A stretch of 18,651 bases of DNA from Candidatus Hydrogenedentota bacterium. Lineage in GTDB: Bacteria > Hydrogenedentota > Hydrogenedentia > Hydrogenedentales > SLHB01. A model generated the notes under the pieces. It saw only the letters and a program-made list of their open reading frames with translations. It was not told where the DNA came from and did not search any database. The stretch spans positions 1 through 18,651 of the forward strand of contig JAWXCN010000018.1 in NCBI GenBank assembly GCA_034408725.1. Direction: 5' to 3'. The position numbers were made by a program, and so were the translations under genes. Positions 15,738-18,651 of the stretch are shown here, in pieces. The stretch's first letter is position 1. Each line of letters begins with the position of its first letter.

Positions 15738-15993
15738 GTTTACCGACCGCTCTCGGAAAAAAGTTCGTACCGGCACGACGGAAGGCTGATACTCCGATCC
15801 GTTGCCGGCCCCCGATACCCTTTCCGCATGCAAAGAATACCAAATCTCTACCGCTGGGTACAAGAAAAAAATGACCCCTACGGGTAGTGATTTCCGGGTT
15901 TTGGACGGAACGCGCGCGCGAATCTGCAAAAACACCCCTTATACGCAGGAAATATCGAACAAACACATTAATAGAACAATGCAATCCGCCCCG

Positions 15994-16031
15994 AAAAAGA
16001 AAAGATGCCCTCGCGTTGCCACGAGGGCATC
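15994..16031 (-). terminator. Rho-independent terminator after the sigma-region-4 gene
   Basis: Stem GATGCCCTCG (16004-16013) / CGAGGGCATC (16022-16031), followed by TTTTCTTTTT on the minus strand. Confidence 0.85.
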
Positions 16032-16063
16032 CCTGACAGTCATCATTTGAAATCGTCCCGCCG

Positions 16064-16501
16064 TTAAGCGGCAGCCGTCGCGTGCGCCTGATCAAACCGC
16101 GACCGCAACGTGTTCAGCGCACCCTGGATTTCGCCGGTGTCGCGCTTCTCGACTGCCTTTTGCAGCTTCGGAATTGCGCCGCCAACTTTCTTCCCGTTGC
16201 GCACCGTGCCGAACAAGTGCCGGCTAACAGTCGACTGCGTAAGCTGAAGCATCTCCGCGATGTCCTCCTGCGTCTTGTCGCAGAAGTAGTAGAGGTGCAG
16301 AATCTCTCGCTGCCGTGTCGTCAGTTGCTGTCCCATCAGGTCGACAACGATCGGCAACACCGAATGAAAGAAATCTTTCATCGCGTAGCGCCGCTCACGG
16401 TCTTCCTCCGTTTCGTACCACAAAGCCCGTTCGGATGAAACGCTTTCAAGAAACGCTGACTGGGTCGGAATCTCCCAGAAATCTGGATTGAACCTGGCCA
16501 T
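16064..16501 (-). CDS. Stand-alone sigma-70 region-4 helix-turn-helix protein
   Basis: LTTRQREILHLYY..DKTQEDIAEMLQLTQSTVSRHL is a region-4 HTH; no recognisable region 2; 145 aa; SD AAGGAG. Confidence 0.82.
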   Translation of the reverse strand: MARFNPDFWEIPTQSAFLESVSSERALWYETEEDRERRYAMKDFFHSVLPIVVDLMGQQLTTRQREILHLYYFCDKTQEDIAEMLQLTQSTVSRHLFGTVRNGKKVGGAIPKLQKAVEKRDTGEIQGALNTLRSRFDQAHATAAA

Positions 16502-16677
16502 GACCGGATGCTCCTTCTAAAGTTGAACTACTTCGACTCGCTTCCCTTTCCGGCGTAAGCCGGGTTGCATGGGCGCCCCATCGCGGGGCCTTAATTCGCG
16601 CATCCGATACGTGACGATTTACTAGAAACATCTTGCCGTCTCCCTCTCGTTGTCCGCCTTCCGGCGGGTTGTTGACT

Positions 16678-16723
16678 AAAAACGAAAACGCCGCTGGTGG
16701 GTTTTGGTTCCCGCCTGCGGCGC
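16678..16723 (-). terminator. Terminator-like hairpin ~180 nt upstream of the sigma-region-4 gene
   Basis: Minus strand reads GCGCCGC-AGGCGGG-AACCAAAA-CCCACCA-GCGGCGT-TTTCGTTTTT. Confidence 0.7.
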
Positions 16724-16966
16724 CTGGTTTGCTCTTGCTATGTGCTGATGAGCGTTTTAGCTATCAAGCACCCCCAGGACGGGAACCCCTGCGTGCGGCA
16801 GGCGCGTCACGCGATTGAACGCGTACATTACGCCCCACACCGACCGCTTCTTTTCAGTAGCGGCGGCGCACGGGGTAATAAGCTGTGCGTTCCTGAAGTT
16901 CACTGTCCTGAATGCCTTCTCATTTCGTGAGCGGTCCCCATGACCGGCTCACTCGTACAGGGGGCT
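16678..16966 (-). ncRNA. Candidate structured ncRNA or attenuator leader, ~280 nt
   Basis: Bounded by a promoter-like TTGCAA-N17-TTCAAT (16967-16995) and a terminator. Contains several helices and no credible minus-strand ORF. Confidence 0.45.
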
Positions 16967-17060
16967 ATTGAAGCATATTTGATCGGTTTTTGCAAGATGT
17001 GCAGGCCACCGATCACATGCGCCCTCTATATCAATTTAGACCGTATGCATACTTTTTCTG

Positions 17061-17073
17061 AATCAAGCAATTG
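17061..17073 (+). promoter_or_regulatory. IHF-consensus site
   Basis: AATCAA-GCAA-TTG matches WATCAANNNNTTR exactly, in an AT-rich stretch upstream of a sigma-54 promoter. Confidence 0.45.
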
Positions 17074-17194
17074 GACATTTTTGTACACCATTGACCGAAA
17101 TGTAGAACCAGAGTACATATTTGGACGTAGTGCGTCTTCCCGTATAAGAATCTAACTGTATTTACATCAGATGGTTATGAATTTTATTGTGTTC

Positions 17195-17210
17195 TGGCAC
17201 TCCCCTTGCT
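17195..17210 (+). promoter_or_regulatory. Sigma-54 (-24/-12) promoter of the hybrid kinase gene
   Basis: TGGCAC-TCCCC-TTGCT matches TGGCAC-N5-TTGCW exactly, ~80 nt upstream of the ATG at 17288. Confidence 0.8.
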
Positions 17211-17287
17211 CTCATACCATTCGGGATTGAAGTGCCATCGGCCTCGCAATCGAAGTGCGAACGCCCGGTGCTGGGAAAGGGCAGGGG

Positions 17288-18400
17288 ATGCAGCAAGTAA
17301 TCGAAACCTCAACGCAAACGAAGACCCGTGGCCGGATACTGATCGTCGACGACGAGAACGGTCCGCGCCAGGCCTTGCGCATGTTGCTAAAGGAAGATCA
17401 CGACGTCTTTCTGGCAGTCGATGTGCCAAGCGCCCAGGCCCTGCTCGGCGAACAGCCCATCGATCTCGTCATCACGGATTTGCGCATGCCGCGCCAATCC
17501 GGGGTCGAACTCCTGCGCTGGATCAAAACGCATTTCCACGGAATCGAAGTCATCATCCTCACAGGATTTGGCGAACTGGATTCCGCGATGACCGCCGTTG
17601 AATGCGGCGCGCTGGCCTATGTCGTAAAGCCCTTCGATACCCAGGTCATGTTGCGGCACGTCGAAGACGGCCTCGCCAAACGCATCGAAGAGATGGAGCG
17701 CCGCCGCCTCGAAGAACTCGCGCTCGAAGCGAACCGTTTCGAAACGCTGGGCCGTTTCGTAACAGGCATGCTGCACGATCTCGGCACGCCGCTCGCCGTC
17801 ATCACCGGACAACTCGAAATCGTATTGAACAAGGAAGAAAAAGAAGTTCCCCGCGACCGCCTTAACGTCATCCACGGCCAAATCGGCCTGTGCAGCGATA
17901 TTGTCCGGTCCGCGATGAATTTTTTGCGGCATGAAACGCAACGCTTTTCCATTCTCAATATCAATGACGTCGCCGAAGCATGCATTGGCGTCAGCATGCC
18001 CGTGATGCAGAAAGCGGGCATCGTAGTGAAACGCGAGATGGCGCAAAACATCCCGATCTGCGAAGGCGATTTCGTGCTCCTGCGCCAGGCCGTGCTCAAC
18101 CTCATTAACAATGCCTGTCAAGCCATGGAAACCAAGGAAGGCCTGCGCGAGCTACATATCCGCACCTGGCGCGAACCCGAAGACATCTGCATCGCAATCA
18201 GCGACACCGGCCCCGGAATTTCACCGGAACTGCGCACAAAAATTTTCGACACATTCTTCTCGACCAAGGGCGAGCGCGGCACCGGCCTCGGCCTTGCCGC
18301 GGTGAAGAACATCATGCGCCGGCATAACGGCGAAGTGGTTGTCAGAGAGAACGACTGCGGCGGCGCGGAATTCGTCCTCCGGTTTCCCATCAAACGCTAA
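17288..18400 (+). CDS. Cytoplasmic hybrid response regulator / histidine kinase (REC-HisKA-HATPase)
   Basis: Receiver motifs ILIVDDE, ITDLRMP, LTG and VKPF. H-box MLHDLGTPL, N-box NLINNACQA, G1 DTGPGI, F-box IFDTFFSTK, G2 GTGLGL. No TM segment. Confidence 0.94.
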   Translation: MQQVIETSTQTKTRGRILIVDDENGPRQALRMLLKEDHDVFLAVDVPSAQALLGEQPIDLVITDLRMPRQSGVELLRWIKTHFHGIEVIILTGFGELDSAMTAVECGALAYVVKPFDTQVMLRHVEDGLAKRIEEMERRRLEELALEANRFETLGRFVTGMLHDLGTPLAVITGQLEIVLNKEEKEVPRDRLNVIHGQIGLCSDIVRSAMNFLRHETQRFSILNINDVAEACIGVSMPVMQKAGIVVKREMAQNIPICEGDFVLLRQAVLNLINNACQAMETKEGLRELHIRTWREPEDICIAISDTGPGISPELRTKIFDTFFSTKGERGTGLGLAAVKNIMRRHNGEVVVRENDCGGAEFVLRFPIKR

Positions 18401-18401
18401 C

Positions 18402-18524
18402 CGGAGCGCGGGTTTTCCAACCCGCGATTAATTTGTCCGATTCGGAGCGCGGGTTTCCAACCCGCGATTAATTTTGTCCGATTCGGAGCGCGGGTTTTCC
18501 AACCCGCGATTAATTTGTCCGATT
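18402..18524 (+). repeat. Three tandem 41-bp units, each carrying a REP-like hairpin GGAG-CGCGGGTT(T)TCCAACCCGCG
   Basis: Units at 18402-18442, 18443-18483 and 18484-18524. Units 1 and 3 are identical; unit 2 differs by two offsetting single-T indels. Confidence 0.92.
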
Positions 18525-18604
18525 TCGTAAACACCTTTTAACCGCCCAGATCGGCTGATTCATTTTCTTTCAAATCTGAAATTGGATTTTTAGAGCCGGC
18601 CTAT

Positions 18605-18636
18605 TTGGACTGCGGCGGCCCCCAAGGCGCCGCTTT
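18605..18636 (+). repeat. REP-like palindrome, diverged copy of the 2948/11346 family
   Basis: TTGGACTGCGGCG-GCCCCCAAGG-CGCCGCTTT has the same TGGACTGCGG head and CCGCTTT tail. Confidence 0.68.
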
Positions 18637-18651
18637 GGCTGTTTATCACAA

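Noticed and set aside
18402-18524. CRISPR array
   Set aside because: The sequences between the palindromes are near-identical and short, not unique spacers, and no cas genes are present.

Overview
This is a GC-rich bacterial chromosomal window with no transposase, integrase, rRNA, tRNA or CRISPR array that I can see. From left to right it holds: the 3' end of a thiolase; a TIM-barrel sugar-phosphate isomerase/epimerase; a two-TM protein with a His-rich tail; a LarA (nickel-pincer) racemase/epimerase homolog; a lipoprotein alpha/beta hydrolase; an SCP2 lipid-binding protein; a ~146-nt promoter-driven structured non-coding RNA candidate; a LOG-family protein; and an RRM RNA-binding protein. Next is a tight five-gene minus-strand operon led by a very divergent RuBisCO-like protein (RLP), followed by a Gfo/Idh/MocA dehydrogenase, a TIM-barrel epimerase, an alpha/beta hydrolase and a ribulose-phosphate 3-epimerase paralog. 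After that come ispA; a 30-aa histone-H1-like Lys/Ala microprotein missed by the ORF track; an HSL-family esterase; an OmpA-domain protein with a Trp/Cys-rich N-terminus; a stand-alone sigma-70 region-4 protein preceded by a second ncRNA candidate (~280 nt); and a REC-HisKA-HATPase hybrid kinase behind a consensus sigma-54 promoter. Three REP-like palindrome families are interspersed. The best candidates for undescribed biology are the RLP operon (a probable new sugar/sugar-acid catabolic route), the two ncRNA candidates and the microprotein. All calls come from motif recognition by eye; no database search was run.
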